Positions 38,258 through 52,367 of a stretch of DNA of 64,000 bases are shown one piece after another. Numbering within the stretch: position 1 is the first letter of the stretch; every line of letters begins with the position of its first letter. This stretch comes from Dehalococcoidia bacterium (GTDB lineage: Bacteria; Chloroflexota; Dehalococcoidia; Bin125). Under the pieces are notes generated by a model. It saw only the letters and a list, made by a program, of their open reading frames with translations, was not told the origin of the DNA and made no database searches. Where the stretch lies: the NCBI GenBank assembly GCA_034421135.1, contig DAOUKQ010000010.1, positions 21,659 through 85,658 on the forward strand, in the 5' to 3' direction. A program made the position numbers and the translations under genes.

Positions 38258-39518
38258 CTACTCGTCAGGCTCCGCCTCGGCCTCGACGCTGCAGCGGAAG
38301 CCTTCGATCAACGGCAATGCTACGGACTCCGGATCTTCCTGATCGAGTACATGGATCACGAACTCGCGGCCGCTGTCGCTGCAGTACCAGGCGAACGAGC
38401 GAATCATCATCACGCCCTCCCCGAACGGGGTCTCAGTCTCGCCGGTTCGCGTCGGTTGTCCATCGACCGGGGACGCATCGGCAAAACCGGTCACATTCTC
38501 GATCCCCAGCGAGTCGCGCAGCGACTGGGTGATGGCCGTGTCGCCGTCGTAGAAGGCTTCGCCCAGCACTTGCCAGGTCAACACCGCCTTCAGCGCGGTC
38601 GTGGTCTGGAGGACGAAGATTCCGGCCTGTTCGCTGGGCGGATTGTCGGTCGGCTGGCCAAATTCCTGGACGATGTCGGCGGTGTCGTAGTCGAACACGA
38701 AATCGAACCGCTCGTATCGTCCCGGTCGAGCAGTGATCTCGGACGGCAGGAAGAAGGAGCCGATGGCACGCTCCAGCGCGTCGGACACCGCTTCGTAATC
38801 CTCCATCACCGCGCCGGCGCGAAGCAGGATGGCCAGGTCGTGCGCTCGGACCAGGATCGCGTGCCAGCGGACCTGGAAGCCGCCGGTGGCGCGCCGATCC
38901 TCTTCCCAGTTGAATCGTTCGGCCTCCTCGCCGGTAATCGTCGTGGTCGGCTCGATCGACGAGAACTCGATGTTCTCCAGATCGAGGCGCGACCTGATGA
39001 ACGCCTCGGAGTCGGAATCGTCGTCCGCATACACGTCGACGCCGATCAGCGCTCGACCGGTTTCGGAACCGAACGTGACCCGATCGATGCCGTTCGACGT
39101 CGGTGCGCAGAAGGGCGAACAGATCAGCTCGATCGAATAGCCGTAGGTTGGGTTCGTGTAGCGGCGGATGATGTCCTCGGCTGTCTCCAACGGCGTGACA
39201 TCTCGCTCTTCCTGGTCCGCCTGCTGCGAGTCGTCGTCGCGGTCCGCCTCGGCCTCTTGCGACTCCTGATCGGAAGACTGCGACTGTTGCTGCGCGGCAT
39301 CGGACGAGTCTTCCTCAGCGGCCTCCTGTTGCTCTGCCTGATCGTCCGATCGACTCGCTTGTTGATCGGTTTGGGCCGCGCTCTGCTGCTGCTGGGTCGG
39401 CGCGGCCGGGCGGAAGAATTCGTTGGATTGCACATGCTCATTGGGATTCTCGGCGCAGGCGACGAGCGCAACTGCAGCGAGCACCAGCAGGCTGAGCGCC
39501 ACGGTCAATCGCGTCATG
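38258..39518 (-). CDS. lipoprotein with a long Q/E/S/D-rich low-complexity linker
   Basis: Start at MTRLTV (GGGAGG Shine-Dalgarno) and lipobox LVAC|AENP. About 90 aa of QQ/EE/SD-rich linker follows, then a ~330-aa globular domain with no recognised family. Confidence 0.5.
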
Positions 39519-40347
39519 CTGCCTCCCGCGCCACCACGATCAGGCGATCTCCCTCGCCTGGCTCGTCGAACTCCCACGATCCGAACCACTCGACCGCAAC
39601 CAGACCGGACTCGGCGAGCAGTCCAGCCATTTCCCCTGCGGTCAGGTTCACTCGCAAGGGAAATCTCGATAATGAGCGGCGGACCGCACCTGACTCGCCA
39701 GCGGCGTCGTATTGATACGTGATCCAGGCAATCGCCAACGCGCGATCGAGGGCGCTGCCGCACGTTCGCTCAAGGGCCAGTTCCTGGGTAGCGTGCTTGG
39801 TCACCCACTCGCCCGACTCCGACTGTCTCACCCACTCCAACTGCATCGGCCGCGGTGTGGGATCGACATCGTCGGGTCTCGGCGCGGTCCAGTCGACCAG
39901 CAGCCTGCCTCCCGGGGCGAGATGCGAACGCGCAACGCGGAGGGCGGCGAGTTGATCCGCTCTGCGCAGTAGATGTTGGAAGGTCGAGAGGCCAATCAGC
40001 ACAAGCTGAAACGACTCGTCGAGCGCCAGGTTGCGCATATCGCTACGGACCACGTTGACTCTTGCCTCGCGCATTCGTTGTCCGCCAAGTCGCAGCATGG
40101 CGTCAGATGAATCGACTGCCGTGACCTCGCAACCCGCCTCGGCGAGCGGCACGGCGATTCGACCGCTGCCTGCGCCAAGCTCCAGCACCTGTTGCTGTTC
40201 TGGTTGATCGGAAACGAGATCGAGGATCATCTCTACGTCATCGGTGAGCGGGGCGAAATCGAGGTCGTACCAACGGGAGATTGCGTCGAGGGCGCGTTCC
40301 TGGTCGTCGGGCGACCAGTTGAGAGGATCGTGCAACATGGCCTCCAC
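39514..40347 (-). CDS. class I SAM-dependent methyltransferase
   Basis: Methyltransferase motif I VLELGAGSGRIAVPLAEAG and post-I acidic CEVTAVD. Confidence 0.7.
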   Translation of the reverse strand: MEAMLHDPLNWSPDDQERALDAISRWYDLDFAPLTDDVEMILDLVSDQPEQQQVLELGAGSGRIAVPLAEAGCEVTAVDSSDAMLRLGGQRMREARVNVVRSDMRNLALDESFQLVLIGLSTFQHLLRRADQLAALRVARSHLAPGGRLLVDWTAPRPDDVDPTPRPMQLEWVRQSESGEWVTKHATQELALERTCGSALDRALAIAWITYQYDAAGESGAVRRSLSRFPLRVNLTAGEMAGLLAESGLVAVEWFGSWEFDEPGEGDRLIVVAREAA

Positions 40348-40435
40348 TCGACCGCGACGACGATGAAACTCAGCCTATCAGCGTATCCACGAAGGACCGC
40401 GACTCGAAAGAGAGCTTGCTTGATACGCTGACTGC

Positions 40436-40966
40436 ATGACCGACACGCCTACCGCGCAGGACCTGGTTGCACAGTACGTCCGCGCCGTTCCCGACTTTCC
40501 CGAGCCCGGCATCCTGTTCCGCGACATCACGCCGCTGCTGGCGGAACCGGTGGCGTTTGCCCGCGCGCTCGATTGGCTCTGCGAGCGCTGCGATGGTTCC
40601 GACGCGGTTGTCGGCGTGGAGTCGCGAGGCTTCATCCTCGGCGCGCCCGCAGCGCAGCGGCTGGGTCTGCCCTTCGTCCCGATCCGCAAGGCGGGCAAAC
40701 TGCCGGCAGATACGATCGCTCGCTCCTACGATCTCGAGTACGGGTCGGCGACCATCGAGATGCACACCGACGCGCTCGCCGCCGGCCACCGGATCGCGCT
40801 GGTCGACGACCTGCTCGCTACCGGCGGAACTGCGGAGGCGGCCATCCAGCTGCTCCTGCAATCGGGCGCCGATATCGCCCGCGTCGCGTTCCTGATCGAG
40901 CTCGAAGGGTTGAACGGGCGCGATCGGTTGCATCCGCATGAGATTGATTCGATGCTCGTCTACTGA
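40436..40966 (+). CDS. apt: adenine phosphoribosyltransferase
   Basis: PRPP-binding motif ALVDDLLATGGTAEA and Apt-wide similarity. Confidence 0.85.
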   Translation: MTDTPTAQDLVAQYVRAVPDFPEPGILFRDITPLLAEPVAFARALDWLCERCDGSDAVVGVESRGFILGAPAAQRLGLPFVPIRKAGKLPADTIARSYDLEYGSATIEMHTDALAAGHRIALVDDLLATGGTAEAAIQLLLQSGADIARVAFLIELEGLNGRDRLHPHEIDSMLVY

Positions 40967-40985
40967 GTCCAGCAAGGAACGCACC

Positions 40986-41876
40986 ATGGCCAACGACCAG
41001 GGCACTGATCAGGCGACCGCGCAGCTAGCCGTGATTGGCGGCTCGGGCTTCTACCGGATGCCCGGCCTCAGCGACGTCGAGGCCTGGAGCACCGACACGC
41101 CGTTCGGCAGCCCGTCAGACGAGATCATGATTGGCACGCTGCACGGGAAGCGAATCGCGTTTCTACCGCGCCATGGCGTTGGACACCGGCTGATGCCGCA
41201 CGAAATTCCGGTGAGAGCCAATATCTGGGCGCTCAAGGCGCTCGGCGTGCAGGGCATCCTGGCCGTGTCCGCCGTGGGCTCGTTGCGACAGGAGATCGTG
41301 CCCGGACACATGGTCGTGCCCGACCAGATCATCGACCGCACGCGAGGCGCGCGTCCGACGACATTCTTCGGCGATGGCATCGTCGTCCATGTCGGCTTCG
41401 CCGACCCGTTCTGCGCCGATCTCAGCTCCCGTCTGGTCGAAAGCTCCGGCCGCATCGGACAGACGGTGCATGCCGGCGGCGCGTACATCGCGATGGAGGG
41501 TCCGCTGTTCAGCACGCGCGCCGAGTCGCACATGTATCGCTCCTGGGGCGCGTCGATTATCGGGATGACGGCCGTGCCCGAAGCGAAGCTGGCTCGCGAG
41601 GCCGAGATTGCGTACGCCATGCTCGCAACGGCGACGGATTACGACGTGTGGCACGAGTCCGAAGCGGATGTCAGCGCCGACGCCGTGGCCCAGGTCGTCG
41701 CGCAGAACGTGCAGAACGCGCAACAGATCATTGCCGATCTGGCCGAACACCTGCCGGAAGACTGGACATCGACCGCGGAGGGTGCGCTGCGCGGCGCGAT
41801 CATGACCGACCCTCAGCGGATTCCGATGGAAACGCGCGAACGCTATGCGCTGCTGATCGACGGTCGATTGTCGTGA
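40986..41876 (+). CDS. mtnP: S-methyl-5'-thioadenosine phosphorylase
   Basis: MTAP/PNP family motifs (AVIGGSGFY, LPRHGVGHRLMPHEIP). The start is the internal Met MANDQG. Confidence 0.8.
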   Translation: MANDQGTDQATAQLAVIGGSGFYRMPGLSDVEAWSTDTPFGSPSDEIMIGTLHGKRIAFLPRHGVGHRLMPHEIPVRANIWALKALGVQGILAVSAVGSLRQEIVPGHMVVPDQIIDRTRGARPTTFFGDGIVVHVGFADPFCADLSSRLVESSGRIGQTVHAGGAYIAMEGPLFSTRAESHMYRSWGASIIGMTAVPEAKLAREAEIAYAMLATATDYDVWHESEADVSADAVAQVVAQNVQNAQQIIADLAEHLPEDWTSTAEGALRGAIMTDPQRIPMETRERYALLIDGRLS

Positions 41877-42847
41877 GCCAGGGCGACAGCGCGCGTCGGG
41901 AGATCGATCTCGCAGTCGTCGGCGCCATCGCGCTGGACGAGATTCACAGTCAGGCCGGCGACATCGACCAGCTGCTCGGCGGCTCGGCCGTTTACTCCTG
42001 CCTCGCCGCATCCTTGCTCGCGAGATGCGCGCCGATTTCCGTTATCGGCGACGATTTTGATCGCGACCTCTTGCGGCCGCTGTCGGACCGCGATGTGCGT
42101 CTCGACAGCCTGCTTGAAGCAGAAGGGCCGAACTTCCGCTGGGGTTGCCGCTACTCGGAGAGCGGCGATTTCCGCGAGACGCTGTACACCCACGCCGGCG
42201 TGTACGACTCGGCGCCGGTCGTCGTCAATGAACAGGTGCGGCGCGCTCGCTACGTGTTGCTAACCGCGGGCAATCCCGACCAGAACCATCGCGCGATGGA
42301 GCAGATGATCGCGCCCGAGCTGGTGGCGATCGACACGATCGAGCGCGAGGTCGCCGAGCGACGCGACGAGTTCCGCGCTCAACTGCGATACGCCGATCTG
42401 ATCTCGATCAACACGTTGGAAGCGGCGCACCTGATCCAATGGCCGGGCAACGAGGCTGATCCCGAGTTGCCTCTGGCTGCATGGCGCGAGATTCGCGAGC
42501 TGGGGCCGAGCGTCTTCATCCTCAAGAAGGCGTCGCAAGGCATCGAGATCTTCCAGGAGGGACGCCGCACGCTGGTCAGCGCGGTACCGGGGATCAACGC
42601 CATCGATCCGACGGGCGCGGGCGACTCGTTCCTGGGCGCGCTGCTGAGCGCACTCTCGCGCGACGACGATCTAATCCAGGCGACAGTCTGGGGCTGCGCG
42701 GTCGCCTCGTTTTCTATCGAGCGTTTCGGCATAGAGGGGATCCTGAGCGCGTCCGCCGATCAGGTCCGGGGCCGTATTCCGTCGATCACGGTCGAGGACA
42801 TCGCTATGTCGGCAATCGGGTCGGCGGCTAGTGGGCAGAGCAGTTAA
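41873..42847 (+). CDS. PfkB family carbohydrate/nucleoside kinase (candidate adenosine kinase)
   Basis: Ribokinase-fold C-terminal motif DPTGAGDSFLGALL. GTGA overlap with the mtnP stop. Confidence 0.7.
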   Translation: MSQGDSARREIDLAVVGAIALDEIHSQAGDIDQLLGGSAVYSCLAASLLARCAPISVIGDDFDRDLLRPLSDRDVRLDSLLEAEGPNFRWGCRYSESGDFRETLYTHAGVYDSAPVVVNEQVRRARYVLLTAGNPDQNHRAMEQMIAPELVAIDTIEREVAERRDEFRAQLRYADLISINTLEAAHLIQWPGNEADPELPLAAWREIRELGPSVFILKKASQGIEIFQEGRRTLVSAVPGINAIDPTGAGDSFLGALLSALSRDDDLIQATVWGCAVASFSIERFGIEGILSASADQVRGRIPSITVEDIAMSAIGSAASGQSS

Positions 42848-42856
42848 CGTTGGGCC

Positions 42857-46241
<3,385 letters not shown>

Positions 46242-46261
46242 GTCAACGCAACCCACCGACT

Positions 46262-46275
46262 GCCTCGCGCGAGGC
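46262..46275. terminator. perfect palindrome GCCTCGCGCGAGGC between convergent metK and rpsI
   Basis: 14-nt self-complementary GC hairpin in the 63-nt convergent gap. No T-tract. Confidence 0.35.
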
Positions 46276-46304
46276 TACGCGCAGGCGCGACGGACTCGCC
46301 GGCC

Positions 46305-46706
46305 TTAGCGCTTGGTGTACTGAGGCGCCTTGCGTGCCCGCTTGAGACCCGGCTTCTTGCGCTCCTTGGCTCGCGGATCGCGAGTCAACATGCCGGCCTG
46401 GCGGAGCGGGCGGCGAAGCGTTTCGTCGCTGGCGAGCAGCGCGCGGGCGATACCCAGGCGGATCGCCCCGGCCCAGCCGTTGACGCCGCCGCCGCTGCAC
46501 TTGACGACCGCCGAGAAGCTGTTCTGCATACCGGTATGTCGAAGCGGTTCCTCGATCAGGCGTCGCTGCTCGGGGCGCCGGAACAGGTCCTCCGCCGGCT
46601 TGCCGTTCACCGTGATCTGGCCGTTGCCCGGGTAGAGCCGCACGCGCGCGATCGACGTCTTGCGGCGTCCCAGTCCGAAGTAGTAATGCCCTGTTGCGGT
46701 TGTCAT
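46305..46706 (-). CDS. rpsI: 30S ribosomal protein S9
   Basis: C-terminal ...PQYTKR and full S9 similarity. Confidence 0.9.
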   Translation of the reverse strand: MTTATGHYYFGLGRRKTSIARVRLYPGNGQITVNGKPAEDLFRRPEQRRLIEEPLRHTGMQNSFSAVVKCSGGGVNGWAGAIRLGIARALLASDETLRRPLRQAGMLTRDPRAKERKKPGLKRARKAPQYTKR

Positions 46707-46709
46707 GGT

Positions 46710-47138
46710 CTACTCCGCTCCCTGGGAGACGATCTGTCCGGTGTGTGGGTGGTCGGGGCCGGCATACACGCGCATATGGCGGTACTGCGTGCGGCCCAAC
46801 GAGTTCTTCGGTAGCATTCCGCGCACGGCGTGCTCGATCACGCGCTCCGGGCGCTTGGCCAGCATGTCCTTGAGCGAGGTCTCTTTGAGACCGCCCAGAT
46901 GGCCGGAGTGCCGGTAGTAGATCTTCTGCTCGAGCTTCTTGCCGGTCACGGCGACCTTGCCGGCATTGACGACGATGACGTAATCGCCGATGTCCTGCGA
47001 CGGATGAAAGGCAGGCTTGTGTTTGCCTCGCAGCAGCGTCGCGATCTGGCTCGCGACCCGGCCCAGTGGCCGATCAGCCGCGTCAATCACGTGCCACTGG
47101 CGCGGGACCTGGTGCGGTCCCAGAACGGTGGTCGACAT
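46710..47138 (-). CDS. rplM: 50S ribosomal protein L13
   Basis: L13 N-terminus [20 protein letters not shown]. Confidence 0.9.
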   Translation of the reverse strand: MSTTVLGPHQVPRQWHVIDAADRPLGRVASQIATLLRGKHKPAFHPSQDIGDYVIVVNAGKVAVTGKKLEQKIYYRHSGHLGGLKETSLKDMLAKRPERVIEHAVRGMLPKNSLGRTQYRHMRVYAGPDHPHTGQIVSQGAE

Positions 47139-47141
47139 CCT

Positions 47142-47963
47142 TCAATCTCCCTCACGATCCCATGCACAGGGTGGTTCGTCTTGTGGTGAACGCATCGGCT
47201 GCGGACATGATCCGGTGTAGGCGACCTCGGCCAGCACGAGTCCACAGGCCGGAGCGGTCGGGCCCATCGAGCCCGGCTGGGCTCGTTCGACGTCGAGACG
47301 AAACCGCTCGGTCGTGACTCGACCGCGAGCCACATCGACGATCGCCCCAACCATCCGTCGCACCTGGTGTTGCAGAAACGACTCGGCCTGAAACGTCAGC
47401 AGGATCGAGTCGCCGCGGCGTTGCATTGACGCTTCGTCGAGCGTCCGAACGGTCGACCGCTCGCTGGTCGGCGGTGTGAAGGCGGCGAAGTCGCGCCGCC
47501 CTTTCAGAATCGAGAGCGCCTGCTGCGCTGCGTCGTCGGCAATGGGCGGAGCGACCACCCAGGCGAACCGCTCCCAGAGCGGTTGGCGCTGCGGGGCGAG
47601 CCGCAGCCGGTAGTGATACGTGCGGGAAACGGCGTCCCGGCGCGGGTCGAACTCGTCGGCTACTGCGCTCGCCGATTGCACTGCAATCGAGGCTGGCAGG
47701 AAGTGATTGAGTCCACGAACCCAGCGGCGAGCGCTCATCTCGTCCGCGCGCCAGTCCGAGACGAACGAGGCCACTTGCCCCGTCGCATGCACGCCGGCGT
47801 CGGTCCGGCCAGCCAGGGACACCGGCGTTTCCACGCCGGTGAGCGAATGCAAGGCTTGTTGCAGCGCGCCCTGAACGGTCGGTTGATTTGGCTGCCATTG
47901 CGACCCTGCGAACTCCGTGCCCTCGTACTGCAGTAACAGCGCCCATCGCCGGCTCACGTTCAC
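47142..47963 (-). CDS. truA: tRNA pseudouridine(38-40) synthase
   Basis: TruA motifs (QYEGTEFAGSQWQPN, GRTDAGVHA). Confidence 0.85.
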   Translation of the reverse strand: MNVSRRWALLLQYEGTEFAGSQWQPNQPTVQGALQQALHSLTGVETPVSLAGRTDAGVHATGQVASFVSDWRADEMSARRWVRGLNHFLPASIAVQSASAVADEFDPRRDAVSRTYHYRLRLAPQRQPLWERFAWVVAPPIADDAAQQALSILKGRRDFAAFTPPTSERSTVRTLDEASMQRRGDSILLTFQAESFLQHQVRRMVGAIVDVARGRVTTERFRLDVERAQPGSMGPTAPACGLVLAEVAYTGSCPQPMRSPQDEPPCAWDREGD

Positions 47964-47971
47964 GCACCGAG

Positions 47972-48376
47972 CTACTCGGCCGAGTCTTCTTCGGCGGACT
48001 CGTCCGCGGGCGCCGGCGCGGCGCGCTCGACGAGTTCGATGTGCGCCATCAGCGCGCCATCGCCTCGCCGCGGTCCGAGCTTGATGATCCGGGTGTAGCC
48101 TCCGTTGCGCTCGGCAAAGCGCGGCGCAATCTCGTCGAAGAGGGTGCGCAGGACCTTTCGGTCGGTCAGCACCGCGCCGGCCTGTCGGCGAGCATGGAGG
48201 TCGCCCCGCTTGCCCAGCGTGATCATCCGCTCGGCTACGGGACGGATCGTCTTGGCCTTTGCTTCCGTGGTCACGATCGCCTCATGACGCAATAGGTCGG
48301 TTACTTGGTTACGCACCAGCGCCGAGCGATGTGATCGGCTGCGACTCAGCGCGCGTCCGCCTTTCCGATGCCGCAT
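47972..48376 (-). CDS. rplQ: 50S ribosomal protein L17
   Basis: [20 protein letters not shown] is the L17 N-terminus. Confidence 0.9.
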   Translation of the reverse strand: MRHRKGGRALSRSRSHRSALVRNQVTDLLRHEAIVTTEAKAKTIRPVAERMITLGKRGDLHARRQAGAVLTDRKVLRTLFDEIAPRFAERNGGYTRIIKLGPRRGDGALMAHIELVERAAPAPADESAEEDSAE

Positions 48377-48465
48377 CCGTCCACTCCTTCAATCGCGCCG
48401 GCCTGTCGCCGGCGCGAGCCGAACGACGCTTCGCCGACTCGGGGGTTGGTGTTGTGCAATCTCGC

Positions 48466-49635
48466 TTACTCGTCGTTTCCCGAACCGGCTTCTCGCAACG
48501 CCTCGAGAAGCGCCGCTCCGAGCGATCCGGTGACTTCAGGATCTTCTTCGCTCTGACCCACCTGCTCCGACTCTTCGGGCGCCACCGTGCTGAGCGACGG
48601 CCCGGTCGCCGGCTCGTCCGCGGGAGGCGGCAGCTTGGTCAACACGTCGTCGCTGCTGGGTGCGAAGACGCCGTCGCGGGCGCGACGCACACGGGGGTCA
48701 TCGTCGTCGATCAAATCCATCTCGAGCAGCTTGTCGATCAGCTCGATGTAGGATTTCTCACCGAAGTTGCGCAGCGTGAGCAACTCGTCGTCGCTCTTTT
48801 CGAGAATCTGACCGACGAGCATCAGGCCGCTGCGCTTGAGGCAGTTGTGAGCGCGAACCGAGAGGCTGAGATCCTCGATCGGCATGTCGTACTGCTCCGC
48901 GCTGAGCCCGACACGCGCGTGAGCGGGGAGTTGACGCGTGGTGATCGGCTGGCCCATGGTCTCGAACAGTTCGAGCTCGGTACGCAGCGACCTGGCCGCG
49001 GCTTGCACCGCGTCGACGCCGGAGATCGTGCCGTCGGTCCAGACCTCGATCAGGAGCTGCTCGTACTCGCTGCCGCGACCGCCTGAGGCCGGCAGCACCT
49101 CGTACGAGACCTTGCGCACAGGCGTGAACACCGCATCGAGCGGAATCACGCCGAGCAGGTGCTCGCCATTCTTGTTCCGTTCGGATGGGCGGAAGCCGAA
49201 ACCGGTCTCGACGTCCATGACGACGTCAAGCCGGCCGCTGTCGCCGTCCAGCGTGGCCAGGTACAGGTCGGGGTTGACGATCTTGTAGTCGCCGGGCACC
49301 TCGATGTCTCCTGCGGTGACTTTCTGGGATCCGGTGATCCTGAGGTGCATCTCCGCCGGACGATCGGCGAGCGCGTGGATGCGTATCTCGCGCAGGTTGA
49401 GCAGGAACTCGGTCGTGTCTTCCTTCATCTCCGGGATCGTTGAGAACTCGTGCTGGACCTGGTCGATCCGCACGGAGGTGATCGCCGCTCCGCGGATACC
49501 GCTGAGCAAGACGCGCCGCAGCGCGTTGCCTTCGGTGTGCGCGAACCCTCGGGTGAGCGGCTCGACCGCGATCCGAACGTAGTCGTCGCGTTCTTCCTCG
49601 ATCGAGAGCTTGGGAGTTTCGGTAGCCAAGATCAC
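48466..49635 (-). CDS. rpoA: DNA-directed RNA polymerase subunit alpha
   Basis: RpoA N-terminal domain and alpha-CTD (NCLKRSGLMLVGQILEKSDDELL), plus a ~50-aa acidic C-terminal tail. Confidence 0.9.
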   Translation of the reverse strand: MILATETPKLSIEEERDDYVRIAVEPLTRGFAHTEGNALRRVLLSGIRGAAITSVRIDQVQHEFSTIPEMKEDTTEFLLNLREIRIHALADRPAEMHLRITGSQKVTAGDIEVPGDYKIVNPDLYLATLDGDSGRLDVVMDVETGFGFRPSERNKNGEHLLGVIPLDAVFTPVRKVSYEVLPASGGRGSEYEQLLIEVWTDGTISGVDAVQAAARSLRTELELFETMGQPITTRQLPAHARVGLSAEQYDMPIEDLSLSVRAHNCLKRSGLMLVGQILEKSDDELLTLRNFGEKSYIELIDKLLEMDLIDDDDPRVRRARDGVFAPSSDDVLTKLPPPADEPATGPSLSTVAPEESEQVGQSEEDPEVTGSLGAALLEALREAGSGNDE

Positions 49636-49678
49636 GTTCTTGTGTCCCTCCCTGGGACTGTGTGGCGCCGGATGGGCT

Positions 49679-50305
49679 TTAGCGCGAGTAGTACTCGACG
49701 ATGGCGTTCTCGTCGACTCGCATGTCCAGGTCTTCGCGGGCAGGTACCGCAGTCAGCTCGCCTTCCAGTTGAATCGGATCGATCCGCAGCCAGCCGGGAA
49801 CCTCGCGCGAACCCTGCCAGGTGCGCGCGTTCTCGTAAAACTTGCTCTTGCGGCCGCGATCGGTCCAGCCGATCGTGTCGCCGATTCGCGTCTCGATCGA
49901 CGGGATATCCGCCTTCTTGCCGTTCAGCGTGATGTGACCGTGGCGCACGAGCTGACGCGCCTGTGCGCGAGACTCGGCGATGCCCAGCCGGTAGACCACG
50001 TTGTCGAATCGCAACTCGAGCATCTGCAGCAGGTTTTCGCCGGTCGCGCCGGGTCGGCGGTTTGCCTCGGCGAACATACGCCGAAACTGCCGTTCGAGCA
50101 CGCCGTAGGTCTTGCGAACCTTCTGCTTTTCCTTGACCTGTTCGCCGTAGTCGGAGATCTTGCGGCGGCGCGGTGATCGCTGCCCGGGGGGCTGGTTGCG
50201 ACGCTCGATCGCGCACTTGGGGCCAACGCAGCGTTCGCCCTTGAGCATCAGCTTCTCGCCGGCTCGGCGACAGATGCGGCAGACGGGTCCGGTGTAACGA
50301 GCCAT
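49679..50305 (-). CDS. rpsD: 30S ribosomal protein S4
   Basis: MARYTGPVCRICRR is the S4 N-terminus. Confidence 0.9.
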   Translation of the reverse strand: MARYTGPVCRICRRAGEKLMLKGERCVGPKCAIERRNQPPGQRSPRRRKISDYGEQVKEKQKVRKTYGVLERQFRRMFAEANRRPGATGENLLQMLELRFDNVVYRLGIAESRAQARQLVRHGHITLNGKKADIPSIETRIGDTIGWTDRGRKSKFYENARTWQGSREVPGWLRIDPIQLEGELTAVPAREDLDMRVDENAIVEYYSR

Positions 50306-50361
50306 GGACGGTTCTCTCTGTCGGTCGGTTCTGGAAGACGGTGTGTCGTCGTGGGTGGCGC

Positions 50362-50763
50362 CTAGACGCGGCGCCGCTTGCGCGGGCGGCAGCCGTTGTG
50401 CGGGATGGGCGTGACGTCGCGGATGGACAGCAGGGTCAGGCCCTGGGCCTGCAGCGCGCGCACGGCCGACTCGCGACCCTGTCCTGGTCCCTTGACGTAG
50501 ACATCGACCTGGCGCATCCCGTGGCTCATCGCCTTCTGCGCCGCATCTTCGGCGGCGAGCTGGGCGGCGAAGGGCGTGCCCTTGCGCGACCCGCGGGTCG
50601 CGGCGGTGCTGCCGGCCGAGGCCCAGGCAACCGGGTTGCCGGCCAGATCGGTCATCGTGATGATCGTGTTGTTGTACGTCGACTGGATGTAGGCGCGACC
50701 GTGCGGAACATTCTTGCGTTCGCGGCGGCGGCGGGCGCGTTCTCGTCGTTGGCTGGTGCTCAT
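50362..50763 (-). CDS. rpsK: 30S ribosomal protein S11
   Basis: S11 similarity ([16 protein letters not shown]). Confidence 0.9.
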   Translation of the reverse strand: MSTSQRRERARRRRERKNVPHGRAYIQSTYNNTIITMTDLAGNPVAWASAGSTAATRGSRKGTPFAAQLAAEDAAQKAMSHGMRQVDVYVKGPGQGRESAVRALQAQGLTLLSIRDVTPIPHNGCRPRKRRRV

Positions 50764-50779
50764 CCCGTTCCCCTCTTCG

Positions 50780-51160
50780 TTAGCGCTTCACGGCGCGGCG
50801 GCGACCGGCGACCGTCTTCTTGGCGCCTCGGCGCGTGCGCGCGTTGGTCCGCGTGCGCTGACCATGCATGGGCAGGTTGCGACGGTGCCGCTGACCTCGG
50901 TAGCAGTTGATGTCGATCAGGCGCTGGACGTTGCTTCTGACCACGCGGCGCAGGTCGCCCTCGACGACGTAGTCGCGGTCGACGATCTCGCGGATCCGCG
51001 CCAACTCCGCGTCGGAAAGTTCGCGAACCCGCGCCTCCGGATCGATGTTGGCCTTGTCCACGATCTCTTTCGCGCGGGTCGCCCCGATGCCGTAGATGTA
51101 GCGAAGCGCGTAGGGCGCTTTCTTGTTGTCGGGAACGTCCACGCCCGAGATTCTCGCCAT
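50780..51160 (-). CDS. rpsM: 30S ribosomal protein S13
   Basis: [14 protein letters not shown] is the S13 N-terminus. Confidence 0.9.
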   Translation of the reverse strand: MARISGVDVPDNKKAPYALRYIYGIGATRAKEIVDKANIDPEARVRELSDAELARIREIVDRDYVVEGDLRRVVRSNVQRLIDINCYRGQRHRRNLPMHGQRTRTNARTRRGAKKTVAGRRRAVKR

Positions 51161-51227
51161 CCGTCGCTTCCTCTCGAATCCGGCCGGTCAGGCCATGCGC
51201 AGCGCTGCTCGGCGCCGCTGGGGTCAG

Positions 51228-51515
51228 CTAACTCTTAAACCGATACACGACCCGACCTCGGGTCAGGTCGTACTCGGACAGTTCAACCAGCACCCGGTCA
51301 CCGCGCAGGACGCGGATGTGATGCTGTCTCATCTTGCCCGCCAGGTGGGCGAGGACTTCATGGCCATTGGGCAACTCGACTCGGAAGGTTGCGTTGGGCA
51401 ACAACTCCTTGACGACGCCTTCGACCTCGATCTTGTCTTGCTTGGGCGGAGGCGACGGCGACGCAGCGCGCCGATCCCGTCGTCCCGACCTGGTCTTCCG
51501 ATTTCTCGCCACCAA
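51228..51515 (-). CDS. infA: translation initiation factor IF-1 with a ~25-aa basic N-terminal extension
   Basis: S1-like core [35 protein letters not shown] is preceded by [28 protein letters not shown]. Confidence 0.8.
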   Translation of the reverse strand: MVARNRKTRSGRRDRRAASPSPPPKQDKIEVEGVVKELLPNATFRVELPNGHEVLAHLAGKMRQHHIRVLRGDRVLVELSEYDLTRGRVVYRFKS

Positions 51516-51566
51516 ACCCCCGTTGCTATCGCGTTCTGTGCCGGTTGGCCTTCGTTGCCGGTAGCC

Positions 51567-52343
51567 TCATACCGGCGCTGTCAGAATCTCTGCCGGTCCG
51601 TCCTCGCGGAGCGCGACTGTGTGCTCGAAGTGAGCCGAGAGACTGCCATCGGCCGTGACGACGGTCCAGCCGTCGTCCAACACGGCGGTAGCGGGATCAC
51701 CGATAGTCGCCATCGGCTCGAGGGCGACTACCATCCCGCGACGCATCGTCATTCCAGAGCCGCGCCGACCGTAGTTGGGCATACTGGGCGGCTCGTGCAT
51801 ATCGCGGCCGACGCCATGCCCCACATACCCTCGGACGACTCCGTATCCCGCTGATTCTATCACTTCCTGTATCGCTGCTGCGATATCGCCTTTACGCACG
51901 CCGACACGCGCGGTCGATATTCCCGCTGCCAGCGACTCAGCCGTGACATCGAGTAGCCGCCGGGCTTCAGCCGAGATGGTCCCCACGGCGATGGTTCGCG
52001 CCGAGTCGCCGACCCAGCCGCCGATGGTGGCGCCGAGATCGATCGACAGGATATCGCCGTCCTCCAGCACCCGCTCAGTCGCAAATCCGTGCACGATCTC
52101 GTCGTTCACCGAGGCGCAGATCGTGTGCGGAAATCCCTGGTAGCCGAGAAATGTGGGGATCACATCGAGCCGCTCGTACTTATCCAACACGTACTGGTCC
52201 AACTCCGAGAGCTTGCGTCCCGGTTTCACCATGTCGGCCAGTTCTGCCAGCGTTTCGCCCACCATCCGGCCGGGCACGCGCATCTGCGCGATCTCGTCCT
52301 CAGTCTTGAGGATGACCTGTCGTGGACGCTGACCGTTCGCCAT
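51567..52343 (-). CDS. map: type I methionyl aminopeptidase
   Basis: MetAP motifs and metal ligands (D...D...H...E...E). Confidence 0.9.
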   Translation of the reverse strand: MANGQRPRQVILKTEDEIAQMRVPGRMVGETLAELADMVKPGRKLSELDQYVLDKYERLDVIPTFLGYQGFPHTICASVNDEIVHGFATERVLEDGDILSIDLGATIGGWVGDSARTIAVGTISAEARRLLDVTAESLAAGISTARVGVRKGDIAAAIQEVIESAGYGVVRGYVGHGVGRDMHEPPSMPNYGRRGSGMTMRRGMVVALEPMATIGDPATAVLDDGWTVVTADGSLSAHFEHTVALREDGPAEILTAPV

Positions 52344-52367
52344 CGGGATTCTCTGATCTAGGTTCGG

